Positions 1 to 12,400 of a stretch of DNA of 64,000 nt are shown one piece after another. A model generated the notes under the pieces. It searched no databases, was not told the origin of the DNA, and saw only the letters and a program-made list of their open reading frames with translations. This DNA comes from Amphiscolops sp. MND2022 (Eukaryota), in assembly GCA_964187785.1 (NCBI GenBank), contig OZ076416.1:47988001-48052000 (forward strand), written 5' to 3'. A program made the position numbers and the translations under genes. Each line of letters opens with the position of its first letter. Within the stretch, counting starts at the first letter, position 1.

Positions 1-37
1 TTTATCGTTAAAAAAACTTTTGCTTTTCTCAACTTCC

Positions 38-143
38 GAGCAGGCTAGCTTAGTGGTTACTTCATCTGAATCACGTCAAGTGACGATTTACCGAAATCCC
101 ACAGAGTGAGATCATTTCCAACCATGAGCGCCATCCTGCTTTT
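38..143 (+). ncRNA. Vault-RNA-like Pol III gene, representative domain-A copy
   Basis: GAGCAGGC-TAGCTTAGTGGTTACTTC ... TTCCAACCATGAGCGCCATCCTGC-TTTTTT. A box TAGCTTAGTGG; stems AGCAGG/CCTGCT and GCTT-A-GTGG/CCAT-GAGC; T6 terminator. The layout matches human vtRNA1-1 as I recall it (GGCTGGCTTTAGCTCAGCGGTTACTTC ... ACCCGCGGGCGCTCTCCAGTCCTTTT). The B-box position is degenerate (TTTCCAACC). Confidence 0.7.
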
Positions 144-521
144 TTCTTTTTTGCCAACACTCGCCGAAGAGTAACATACAAAATGAGTCACTGCTAATTT
201 TGACATAAAGAGAAGCAGAAGTGCAAACAACGTACAATCAGGCAGGAGAAATTCGGGAACTGGCAGGCCACTGTTTGTTTCTCAGTTCTCATTAGTGCTC
301 TCCTATAGTGATTATTTCGATCAATTAATAAAATAATTTCGACTCCTACAAAAGTTTTATCTTTCATTGAAAATTCGTCTTTCCGTGGGAACCGTTTAAC
401 TTTTTTTTGGAGGCAAAGGAAACAACCGCAACGCAACACGGAAAAGAACTCAATTCCTCCTTCAATTGCTTTGGGAAAGAGAATAGGTTGCAAATTAAAG
501 AAAAAAATCGCTGGAAAAAGC

Positions 522-597
522 CTTGAATGAAATATTTCTCCGGGTCCCGTAATCTTACTTTCGAAAATTAACCTTGCCAAGTGTCTCTTGACAAACT
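522..597 (+). promoter_or_regulatory. Conserved upstream block of each unit (candidate external Pol III promoter element)
   Basis: CTTGAATGAAA..TTTC..CCGGTCCC.TAGT and CTTGCCAAATGTCTCTT.A.AAAC are retained in all three monomer types while neighbouring sequence diverges. The second motif lies about 86-63 bp upstream of the core. Function is inferred only. Confidence 0.35.
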
Positions 598-3500
598 GGC
601 AACAAGTTCAAAATTCAAACTTTTATCGGTAAAAAAACTTTTGCTTTTCTCAACTTCCGAGCAGGCTAGCTTAGTGGTTACTTCATCTGAATGACGTCAA
701 GTGACGATTTACCGAAATCTCTCAGAGTGAGATCATTTCCAACCATGAGCGCCATCCTGCTTTTTTTTCTTTTTTGACTGCACTCGCCGAAGAGTAACAT
801 ACAAAATGAGTCACTGCTAATTTTGACATAAAGAAAAGCAGAAGTGCGAACAACGTATACTCAAGCAGGGAAACTTTCGGGAACTGACAGGCCACTGTTC
901 GTTTCTCAGTTCTCATTAGTGCTCTCCTTTAGTGATTGTTTTGATCAATTTATAAAATAATTTCGGCTCCTACAAAAGTTTTATCTTCCATTGAAACTTC
1001 GTCTTTCCGTGGGAACTGTTTAACTTTTCTCTGGAGGCAAAGGAAACAACCGCAACGCAACACGAAAAAGAACTCAATTCTTCCTTCGATAGCTGTGGGA
1101 AACAGAATTGATTGCAAATTGAAGAAAAAAATCGCTGGAAAAAACCTTGAATGAAATATTTCTCCGGGTACCGTAGTCTTACTTTCGGAAATTAACCTTG
1201 CCAAATGTCTCTTAACAAACTGACAACATGTTCAAATTCAAACTTTTATCGTTAAAAAAACTTTTGCTTTTCTCAACTTCCGAGCAGGCTAGCTTAGTGG
1301 TTACTTCATCTGAATCACGTCAAGTGACGATTTACCGAAATCCCACAGAGTGAGATCATTTCCAACCATGAGCGCCATCCTGCTTTTTTCTTTTTTGCCT
1401 ACACTCGCCGAAGAGTAACATACAAAATGAGTCACTGCTAGTTTTGACATAAAGAAAAGCAGAAGTGCAAACAACGTACACTCAGGCAGGAGAAATTCGG
1501 GAAATGGCAGGCCACTGTTTGTTTCTCAGTTCTCATTAGTGCTCTCCTATAGTGATTATTTCGATCAATTAATAAAATAATTTCGACTCCTACAAAAGTT
1601 TTATCTTTCATTGAAAATTCGTCTTTCCGTGGGAACCGTTTAACTTTTTTTTGGAGGCAAAGGAAACAACCGCAACGCAACACGGAAAAGAACTCAATTC
1701 CTCCTTCAATTGCTTTGGGAAAGAGAATAGATTGCAAATTAAAGAAAAAAATCGCTGGAAAAAGCCTTGAATGAAATATTTCTCCGGGTCCCGTAATCTT
1801 ACTTTCGAAAATTAACCTTGCCAAGTGTCTCTTGACAAACTGGCAACAAGTTCAAAATTCAAACTTTTATCGGTAAAAAAACTTTTGCTTTTCTCAACTT
1901 CCGAGCAGGCTAGCTTAGTGGTTACTTCATCTGAATGACGTCAAGTGACGATTTACCGAAATCTCTCAGAGTGAGATCATTTCTAACCATGAGCACCATC
2001 CTGCTTTTTTTCTTTTTTGACTGCACTCGCCGAAGAGTAACATACAAAATGAGTCACTGCTAATTTTGACATAAAGAAAAGCAGAAGTGCAAACATCGTG
2101 TACTCAGGCAGGGAAACTTTCGGGAACTGACAGGCCACTGTTTGTTTCTCAGTTCTCTTTAGTGCTCTCCTATAGTGATTGTTTCGATCACTTAATAAAA
2201 ATAATTTGGACTCCTACGAAAGTTTTATCTTTCATTGAAAATTCGTCTTTCCGTGGGAACCGTTTAACTTTTTTCTGGAGGCTAAGGAAACAACCGCAAC
2301 GCAACACGAAAAAGAACTCAATTCCTCCTTCAATTGCTTTGGGAAAGAGAATTGATTGCAAATTAAAGAAAAAAATCGCTGAAAAAAGCCTTGAATGAAA
2401 TATTTCTCCGGGTCCCGTAGTCTTACTTCCGAAAATTAACCTTGCCAAGTGTCTCTTGACAAACTGGCAACAAGTTCAAAATTCAAACTTTTATCGGTAA
2501 AAAAACTTTTGCTTTTCTCAACTTCCGAGCAGGCTAGCTTAGTGGTTACTTCATCTGAATGACGTCAAGTGACGATTTACCGAAATCTCTCAGAGTGAGA
2601 TCATTTCCAACCATGAGCGCCATCCTGCTTTTTTTCTTTTTTGACTGCACTCGCCGAAGAGTAACATACAAAATGAGTCACTGCTAATTTTGACATAAAG
2701 AAAAGCAGAAGTGCAAACAACGTATACTCAGGCAGGGAAACTTTCGGGAACTGACAGGCCACTGTTTGTTTCTCAGTTCTCATTAGTGCTCTCCTATAGT
2801 GATTGTTTCGATCAATTAATAAAATAATTTCGACTCCTACAAAAGTTTTATCTTCCATTGAAACTTCGTCTTTCCGTGGGAACTGTTTAACTTTTCTCTG
2901 GAGGCAAAGGAAACAACCGCAACGCAACACGAAAAAGAACTCAATTCTTCCTTCGATAGCTTTGGGAAACAGATTTGATTGCAAATTAAAGAAAAGAATC
3001 GCTGGAAAAAACCTTGAATGAAATAGTTCTCCCGGTCCCGTAGTCTTACTTTCGGAAATTAATCTTGCCAAATGTCTCTTCACAAACTGGCAACATGTTC
3101 AAAAGTCAAACTTTTATTGGTAAAAAACTTTTGCTTTTCTCAACTTCCGAGCAGGCTAGCTTAGTGGTTACTTCATCTGAATCACGTCAAGTGACGATTT
3201 ACCGAAATCCCACAGAGTGAGATCATTTCCAACCATGAGCGCCATCCTGCTTCTTTCTTTTTTGACTACACTCGCCGAAGAGTAACATACAAAATGAATC
3301 ACTGCTAATTTTGACATAAAGAAAAGCAGAAGTGCAAACAACGTATACTCAGGCAGGGAAACTTTCGGGAACTGACAGGCCACTGTTTGTTTCTCAGTTC
3401 TCATTAGTGCTCTCCTATAGTGATTGTTTCGATCAATTAATAAAATAATTTCGACTCCTACAAAAGTTTTATCTTCCATTGAAACTTCGTCTTTCCGTGG

Positions 3501-6500
3501 GAACTGTTTAACTTTTCTCTGGAGGCAAAGGAAACAACCGCAACGCAACACGAAAAAGAACTCAATTCTTCCTTCGATAGCTGTGGGAAACAGAATTGAT
3601 TGCAAATTGAAGAAAAAAATCGCTGGAAAAAACCTTGAATGAAATATTTCTCCGGGTACCGTAGTCTTACTTTCGGAAATTAACCTTGCCAAATGTCTCT
3701 TAACAAACTGACAACATGTTCAAATTCAAACTTCTATCGTTAAAAAAACTTTTGCTTTTCTCAACTTCCGAGCAGGCTAGCTTAGTGGTTACTTCATCTG
3801 AATCACGTCAAGTGACGATTTACCGAAATCCCACAGAGTGAGATCATTTCCAACCATGAGCGCCATCCTGCTTTTTTCTTTTTTGCCTACACTCGCCGAA
3901 GAGTAACATACAAAATGAGTCACTGCTAATTTTGACATAAAGAAAAGCAGAAGTGCAAACAACGTACACTCAGGCAGGAGAATTTCGGGAACTGACAGGC
4001 CACTGTTTGTTTCTCAGTTCTCTTTAGTGCTCTCCTATAGTGATTGTTTCGATCACGTAATAAAAATAATTTGGACTTCTACAAAAATTTTATCTTTCAT
4101 TGAAAATTCGTCTTTCCGTGGGAACCGTTTAACTTTTTTCTGGAGGCAAAGGAAACAACCGCAACGCAACACAAAAAAGAACTCAATTCTTCCTTCGATA
4201 GCTTTGGGAAAGAGATTTGATTGCAAATTAAAGAAAAAAATCGCTGGAAAAAGCCTTAAATGAAATATTTCTCCGGGTCCCGTAGTCTTACTTTCGAAAA
4301 TTAACCTTGCCAAATGTCTCTTGACAAATTGGCAACAAGTTCAATATTCAAACTTTTATCGGTAAAAAAAACTTTTGCTTTTCTCAACTTCCGAGCAGGC
4401 TAGCTTAGTGGTTACTTCATCTGAATGACGTCAAGTGACGATTTACCGAAATCTCTCAGAGTGAGATCATTTCCAACCATGAGCGCCATCCTGCTTTTTT
4501 TCTTTTTTGACTACACTCGCCGAAGAGTAACATACAAAATGAATCACTGCTAATTTTGACATAAAGAAAAGCAGAAGTGCAAACAACGTATACTCAGGCA
4601 GGGAAACTTTTGGGAACTGACAGGCCACTGTTTGTTTCTCAGTTCTCATTAGTGCTCTCCTATAGTGATTGTTTCGATCAAATAATAAAATAATTTCGAC
4701 TCCTACAAAAGTTTTATCTTCCATTGAAACTTCGTCTTTCCGTGGGAACTGTTTAACTTTTCTCTGGAGGCAAAGGAAACAACCGCAACGCAACACGAAA
4801 AAGAACTCAATTCTTCCTTCGATAGCTTTGGGAAACAGATTTGATTGCAAATTAAAGAAAAAAAATCGCTGGAAAAAACCTTGAATGAAATATTTCTCCC
4901 GGTCCCGTAGTCTTACTTTCGGAAATTAATCTTGCCAAATGTCTCTTCACAAACTGGCAACATGTTCAAAAGTCAAACTTTTATCGGTAAAAAATTTTTG
5001 CGTTTCTCAACTTCCGAGCAGGCTAGCATAGTGGTTACTTCATCTGAATGACGTCAAGTGACGATTTACCGAAATCTCACAGAGTGAGATCAATTCCAAC
5101 CATGAGCGCTATCCTGCTTTTTTCTTTTTTTGACTACACTCGCCGAAGGGTAACATACAAAATAAGTCACAGCTAGTTTTGACATTTAAAAAAAAGCAGA
5201 AGTGCAAACAACGCATACTCAGGCAGGGAAACATTCGGGAACTGACAGGCCACTGTTTGTTTCTCAGTTCTCATTAGTGCTCTCCTATAGTGATTGTTTC
5301 GATCATTTAATAAAATAATTTCGACTCCTACAAAAGTTTTAACTTTCATTGAAAATTCGTCTTTCCGTGGGAACCGTTTAACTTTTCTCTGGAGGCAAAG
5401 GAAACAACCGCAACGCAACACGAAAAAGAACTCAATTCTTCCTTCGATAGCTTTGGGAAACAGAACTGATTGCAAATTAAAGAAAAAAATTGCTGGAAAA
5501 AACCTTGAATGAAGTATTTCTCCCGGTCCCGTAGTCTTACTTTCGGAAATTAACCTTGCCAAATGTCTCTTCACAAACTGACAACATGTTCAAATTCAAA
5601 CTTTTATCGGTAAAAAAAACTTTTGCTTTCCTCAACTTCCGAGCAGGCTAGCCTAGTGGATACTTCATCTGAATGACGTCAAGTGACGATTTACCGAAAT
5701 CTCACAGAGTGAGATCATTTCCAACCTTGAGTGCCATCCTGCTTTTTTTCTTTTTTGACTACACTCGCCGAAGAGTAACATACAAATTGAGTCACTGCTA
5801 ATTTTGACATAAAGAAAAGCAAAAGTGCAAACAACGTACACTCAGGCAGGGAAAAATTCGGGAACTGACAGGCCACTGTTTGTTTCTCAGTTCTCATTAG
5901 TGCTCTCCTATAGTGATTGTTTCGATCATTTAATAAAATAATTTCGACTCCTACAAAAGGTTTATCTTTCATTGAAAACTCGTCTTTCCGAGAGAACCGT
6001 TTAACTTTTCTCTGGAGCCAAAGGAAACAACCGCAACGCAACACGAAAAAGAACTCAATTCTTCCTTCGATAGCTTTGGGAAAGAGAATTGATTGCAAAT
6101 TTTAAAAAAATGCTGGAAAAGACCTTGAATGAAAAATTTCTCCCGGTCCCGTAGTCTTACTTTCGGAAATTAATCTTGCCAAATGTCTCTTCACAAACTG
6201 GCAACATGTTCAAAAGTCAAACTTTTATCGATAAAAAACTTTTGCTTTTCTCAACTTCCGAGCAGGCTAGCATAGTGGTTACTTCATCTGTATGACGTCA
6301 AGTGACGATATACCGAAATCTAACAGAGTGAGATCCTTTCCAACCATGAGCGCCATCCTGCTTTTTTCTTTTTTGACTACACTCGCCGAAGAGTAACATA
6401 CAAATTGGGTCACTGCTATTTTGACATAAAGAAAAGCAGTTGTGCAAACAACGTATACTCAGGCAGGGAAACATTCGGGAACTGACAGGCCACTGTTTGT

Positions 6501-9480
6501 TTCTCAGTTCTCATTAGTGCTCTCCTATAGTGATTATTTCGATCAATTAATAAAATAATTTCGACACCTACAAAAGTTTTATCTTTCATTGAAAATTCGT
6601 CTTTCCGTGGGAACCGTTTAACTTTTCTCTGGAGGCAAAGGAAACAACCGCAACGCAACACGAAAAAGAACTCAATTCTTCCTTCGATAGCTTTGGGAAA
6701 GAGAATTGATTGCAAATTTAAAAAATTCGCCGGAAAAAACCTTGAATGAAACATTTCCCCGGGTCCCGTAGTCTTACTTTCGAAAATTATTCTTGCCAAA
6801 TGTCTCTTCACAAACTGACAACATGTTCAAATTCAAACTTTTATCGGTAAAAAAACTTTTGCTTTCCTCAACTTCAGAGCAGGCTAGCTCAGTGGTTACT
6901 TCATCTGAATCACGTCAAGTGACGATTTACCGAAATCTCACAGAGTGAGATCATTTCCAACCATGAGCGCCATCCTGCTTTTTCTTTTTTGACTACACTC
7001 GCCGAAGAGTAACATACAAATTGGGTCACTGCTATTTTGACATAAAGAAAAGCAGAAGTGCAAACAACGTATACTCAGGCAGGGAAACATCCGGGAACTG
7101 ACAGGCCACTGTTTGTTTCTCAGTTCTCATTAGTGCTCTCCTATAGTGATTATTTCGATCAATTAATAAAAAAATTTCGACTCTCACAAAAGTTTTATCT
7201 TTCATTGAAAATTCGTCTTTCCGTGGGAACCGTTTAACTTTTCTCTGGAGGCAAAGGAAACAACCGCAACGCAACACGAAAAAGAACTCAATTCTTCCTT
7301 CGATAGCTTTGGGAAAGAGAATTGAGTGCAAATTTAAAAAAATCGCCGGAAAAAACCTTGAATGAAAAATTTCTCCGGGTCCCGTAGTCTTACTTTCGAA
7401 AATTATTCTTGCCAAATGTCTCTTCACAAACTGACAACATGTTCAAATTCAAACTTTTATCGGTAAAAAAACTTTTGCTTTCCTCAACTTCAGAGCAGGC
7501 TAGCTCAGTGGTTACTTCATCTGAATCACGTCAAGTGACGATTTACCGAAATCTCACAGAGTGAGATCATTTCCAACCATGAGCGCCATCCTGCTTTTTC
7601 TTTTTTGACTACACTCGCCGAAGAGTAACATACAAATTGGGTCACTGCTATTTTGACATAAAGAAAAGCAGTAGTGCAAACAACGTTTACTCAGGCAGGG
7701 AAACATTCGGGAACTGACAGGCCACTGTTTGTTTCTCAGTTCTCATTAGTGCTCTCCTATAGTGATTGTTTCAATCAATTAAGAAAATATTTTCGACTCC
7801 TACAAAAGTTTTATCTTTCATTGAAAATTCGTCTTTCCGTGGGAACCGTTTAACTTTTCTCTGGAGGCAAAGGAAACAACCGCAACTTAACACGAAAAAG
7901 AACTCCATTCTTCCTTCGATAGCTTTGTGGGAAAGAGAATTGATTGCAAATTTAAAAAAATCGCTGGAAAAAACCTTGAATGAAACATTTCTCCGGGTCC
8001 CGTAGTCTTACTTTCGAAAATTAATCCTGCCAAATGTCTCTTCACAAACTGACAACATGTTCAAAATTCAAACTTTTATCGCTAAAAACTTTTGCTTTTC
8101 TCAACTTCCGAGCAGGCTAGCTTAGTGGTTACTTCATCTGGATCACGTCAAGTGATGATTTGCCGAAATCTCACAGAGTGAGATCATTTCCAACCATGAG
8201 CGCCATCCTGCTTTTTTCTTTTTTGACTACACTCGCCGAATAGTAACATACAAAATGAGTCACTGCTAATTTTGACATGAAGAAAAGCAGAAGTGCAAAC
8301 AACGTATTCTCAGGCAGGCAAAAGTTCGGGAACTGACAGGCTACTGTTTGTTTCTCAGTTCTCATTAGTGCTCTCCTATAGTGATTGTTTCGATCATTTA
8401 ATAAATTAATTTCGACTCCTACAAAAAGTTTATCTCTCATTGAAAATTCGTCTTTCCGTGGGAACCGTTTAACTTTTCTCTGGAGGCAAAGGAAACAACC
8501 GCAACGCAACACAAAAAAGAACTCATTTCTTTTTTCGATAGCTTTGGCAAACAGACTTGATTGCAAATTAAAGAAAAAAATCGCTGGAAAAGACCTTGAA
8601 TGAAATTTTTTCTCCCGGTCCCGTAGTCTTACTTTCGGAAATTAATCTTGCCAAATGTCTCTCCACAAACTGGCAACATGTTCAAAATTCAAACTTTTAT
8701 CGCTAAAAACTTTTGCTTTTCTCAACTTTCGAGCAGGCTAGCTTAGTGGTTACTTCATCTGAATGACGTCAAGTAACAATTCACCGAAATCTCTCAGAGT
8801 GAGATCATTTCCAACCATGAGCGCCATCCTGCTTTTTTTACTACATTCGCCGAAGAGTAACATACAAATTGAGTCACTGCTAATTTTGACATAAAGAAAA
8901 GCAGAAGTGCAAACAACGTATACTCAGACAGGGAAAAATTCGGGAACTGGCAGGCCACTGCTTGTCTCTCAATTCTCATTTGTGCTCTCCTATAGTGATT
9001 GTTTCGCTCATTTAATCAAAAAAATTGGACTCCTACAAAAGTTTTATCTTTCATTGAAAATTCGTCTTTCCGTGGGAACCGTTTAACTTTTCTCTGGAGG
9101 CAAAGGAAACAACCGCAACGCAACACGGAAAAGAACTCCATTCTTCCTTCGATAGCTTTGGGAAAGGGAATTGATTGCAAATTAAAGAAAAAATCGCTGG
9201 AAAAAACCTTGAATGAAATTTTCCTCCGGGTCCCGTAGTCTTACTTTCGAAAATTAATCTTGCCAAATGTCTCTTGACAAACTGGCAACAAGTTCAAAAT
9301 TCAAACTTTTATCGGTACAAAAACATTTGCTTTTCTCAACTACCGAGCAGGCTAGCTTAGTGGTTACTTCATCTGTATGAAGTCAAGTGACGATTCACCG
9401 AAATCTCACAGAGTGAGATCATTTCCAACCTTGAGTGCCATCCTGCTTTTTTTCTTTTTTGACTACACTCGCCGAAGAGT

Positions 9481-12400
9481 AACATTTAACAGACAAAATA
9501 GGTTACTCTTCATTTTGGCACAAAGAAAAGCAGAAGTGCAAACAACGTATACTCAGGCAGGAAAAATTACGGGAACTAACAGGGCAGTATTTGGCTTTCA
9601 GTTCTCATTGATGTTCTCATACATTGATTGTTTCGATCATTTAATAAAACAACTTCGACTTCTAAATAGGTTTTATTGTTGATAGAAAATTCGTGTTTAC
9701 GAGGAAAAGGTCTAACTTTTCTCTTCTCTGGAGTCAAGGGAAGCAACCGAACCGCTACACAAAAAACAACTCAATTTTTCCTTCGATAGCTTTGGGAAGC
9801 ATGGTCAATTGAAAAGTAAAGGGAAAAGTCGATGGAAAAAAGCTTAAATGAAACGTTTCTCCCGGTCCCGTAGTCTCACTTTTGGAAATCAATCTTCCCA
9901 AATGTCTCTTCACAAACCGGAAACCTGTTCAGAAACCCACGTTTTTTTGGCGGTAAAAAACTTTTGCATGCCCTAATTTCCGAGCCGGCTAGCTTAGAGT
10001 TTACTTCATCTGATAAACGTCAAGTGACGATTCACCAAAATCGCACAAGGTGAGATCTTTTCCAACCATTAGCGCCAACCTGCTTTTGTCTTTTTGACTA
10101 CATAAGCTGAAGAGTAACATGTAACAGACAAAAAAGGTTACTCATGTTTATGGCACAAAGAAAAGCAGAAGTGCAAACAACGTATACTCAGGCAGGAAAA
10201 ATTACGGGAACTAACAGGCCAGTATTTGGCTTTCGGTTCTCATTGATGTTGTTCTCATTCATTGATTGTTTCGATCATTCAATAAAACAATTTCGACTCC
10301 TAAATAAGTTTTCTTAATGATAGAAAATTCGTGTTTACGAGGAAAAGGTCTAACATTTTTCTTCTCTGGAGTCAAGGAAGCAACCGAACCGCTACACAAA
10401 AAACAACTCAATTTTTCCTTCGATAGCTTTGGGAAGCATAACCAAGTGAAAAGTAAAAGGAAAAATCGATGGAAAAAAGCTTGAATGAAACATTTATCTC
10501 GGTCCCGTAGTCTCACTTTCGGAAATCAATCTTGCCAAATGTCTCTTCACAAACCCGCAACCAGCTCAGAAATCAAAAGTTTTGTCGGTATAAAAAACTT
10601 TTGCTTTCCTCAACTTCCGAGCAGGCGAGCTTAGTGGTTACTTCATCTGAATGACGTCAAGTGACGATTAACCAAACTCTCACAGAGTGAGATCATTCGC
10701 AACCTTTAGCGACATCCTGCTTTTGTCTTTTTGACTACTTATGCCGAAGAATAACATGTAACACACAGAATAAGTTACTACTATTTTGGCACAAAGAAAA
10801 GCAGAAGTGCAAACAAGGTATATTCAGGCAGGAAACAAACTCAGGATCTGACAGCCCACTCTTTGCTTCTAATATTCCATTCGTATTCTCGTATAGCGAT
10901 TGAGTCGGTCATTTAATAAAACATTCGACCCTCAAAGCGGTTTTATCTTTGAAACAGAATCGCGTTACCGAGAGAACCGTTCAACTTTTCCCTTATCTAG
11001 AGGCAAGGGAAGCCACCGGAATGCAACACAAAAATCAACTCAATTCTTCTTTCGATAGCTCTGGAAAATAGAAAGAAATGCAAAATGAAGGAAACAATTG
11101 ATGGAAAAAAGCTTGAATGAACCATTTCACCAGGTCCCGTGGTCTTCATTTCGGATATCAATCATGCCAAATGTCTCTTCACAAACCGGCATCCTGTTCA
11201 GAAATCCAAGTTTTTTTGGCGGTAAAGAACTTTTGCATGCCCTAATTTCCGAGCAGGCTAGCTTAGTGGTTACTTCATCTGAATGACGTCATTTGACGAT
11301 TAACCAAAATCTCAGAGAGTGAGATCATTTCCAACCATAAGCGCCATCGTGTTTTTGTCTTTTTGACTACATACGTCGAAGAGTACCATAGAAATTAGGG
11401 TACTGCAATTTTTGGCACAAAGGAATGCAGAAGTGCAAACAACCTATACTCAGGCAGGAAAAATTACGGAACTAACGCCCACTATTTGGCTCTCAGTTCT
11501 CATTGACGTTTTCGTATATTGATTGATTGTTTCGATCTTTTAATAAAACAATTTCGACTCCTACAGAAGTTTTATCTTTCAAAGAAAAATTCGTGTTTAC
11601 GAGGAAAAGATCTAACTTTTCTCTTCTCTGGAGTCAAGGGAAGCAACCGAACCGCTACACAAAAAACAACTCAATTTTTTCTTCGAGAGCTTTGGGAAGC
11701 ATGATCAATTGAAAAGTAAAGGGAAAAGTCGATGAAAAAAAGCTTGAATGAAACATTTCTCCCGGTCCCTTAGTCTCGCTTTCGGAAATCAATCTTCCTA
11801 AATGTCTCTTCACAAACCGGAAACCTGTTCAGAAACCCAAGTTTTTTTGGCGGTAAAAGACTTTTGCATGCCCTAATTTCCGAGCCGGCTAGCTTAGAGC
11901 TTACTTCATCTGATAAACGTCAAGTGACGATTCACCAAAATCGCACAAGGTGAGATCATTTCCAACCATTAGCGCCAACCTGCTTTTGTCTTTTTGACTA
12001 CATAAGCTGAAGAGTGACAAGTAACAGACAAAATAGGTTACTCATGTTTTTGGCACAAAGAAAAGCAGAAGTGCAAACAACGTATACTCAGGCAGGCAAA
12101 ATTTTGGGAACTAACAAGCCAGTATTTGGCTTTCGGTTCTCATTGATGTTGTTCTCATTTATTGATTTTTTCGATCATTCAATAAAACAATTTCGACTCC
12201 TAAATAAGTTTTCTTAATGATAGAAAATTCGTGTTTACGAGGAAAGGTCTAACTTTTTTTCTCTGGAGTGAAGGAAGCAACCGAACCTCTACACAAAAAA
12301 CAACTCAATTTTTTTTCTTCGATAGCTTTGGGAAGCATAACCAAGTGAAAAGTAAAAGGAAAAATCGATGGAAAAAAGCTTGAATGAAACATTTCTCTCG

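Larger units (their letters stand above)
1..9480 (+). repeat. Array domain A: ~16 monomers of 614-625 bp with local dimer (1244 bp) periodicity
   Basis: Marker spacing is 614-625 bp. GAATCACG/CCCACAG and GAATGACG/CTCTCAG variants alternate. Near-identical ORF-track hits lie 1244 bp apart (194..580 vs 1438..1824). Confidence 0.9.

Noticed and set aside
38-143. Core as a tRNA or tRNA-derived SINE head
   Set aside because: No D/anticodon/T-arm cloverleaf; the A box pairs with the 3' end as a panhandle, which is the vault arrangement. A SINE origin is not formally excluded.
165-215. Spliced-leader RNA (GA|GTAACA donor followed by Sm-like AATTTTGA)
   Set aside because: These motifs lie downstream of the T-run terminator, vary between monomer types, and the Sm-like site is deleted in most of domain C.
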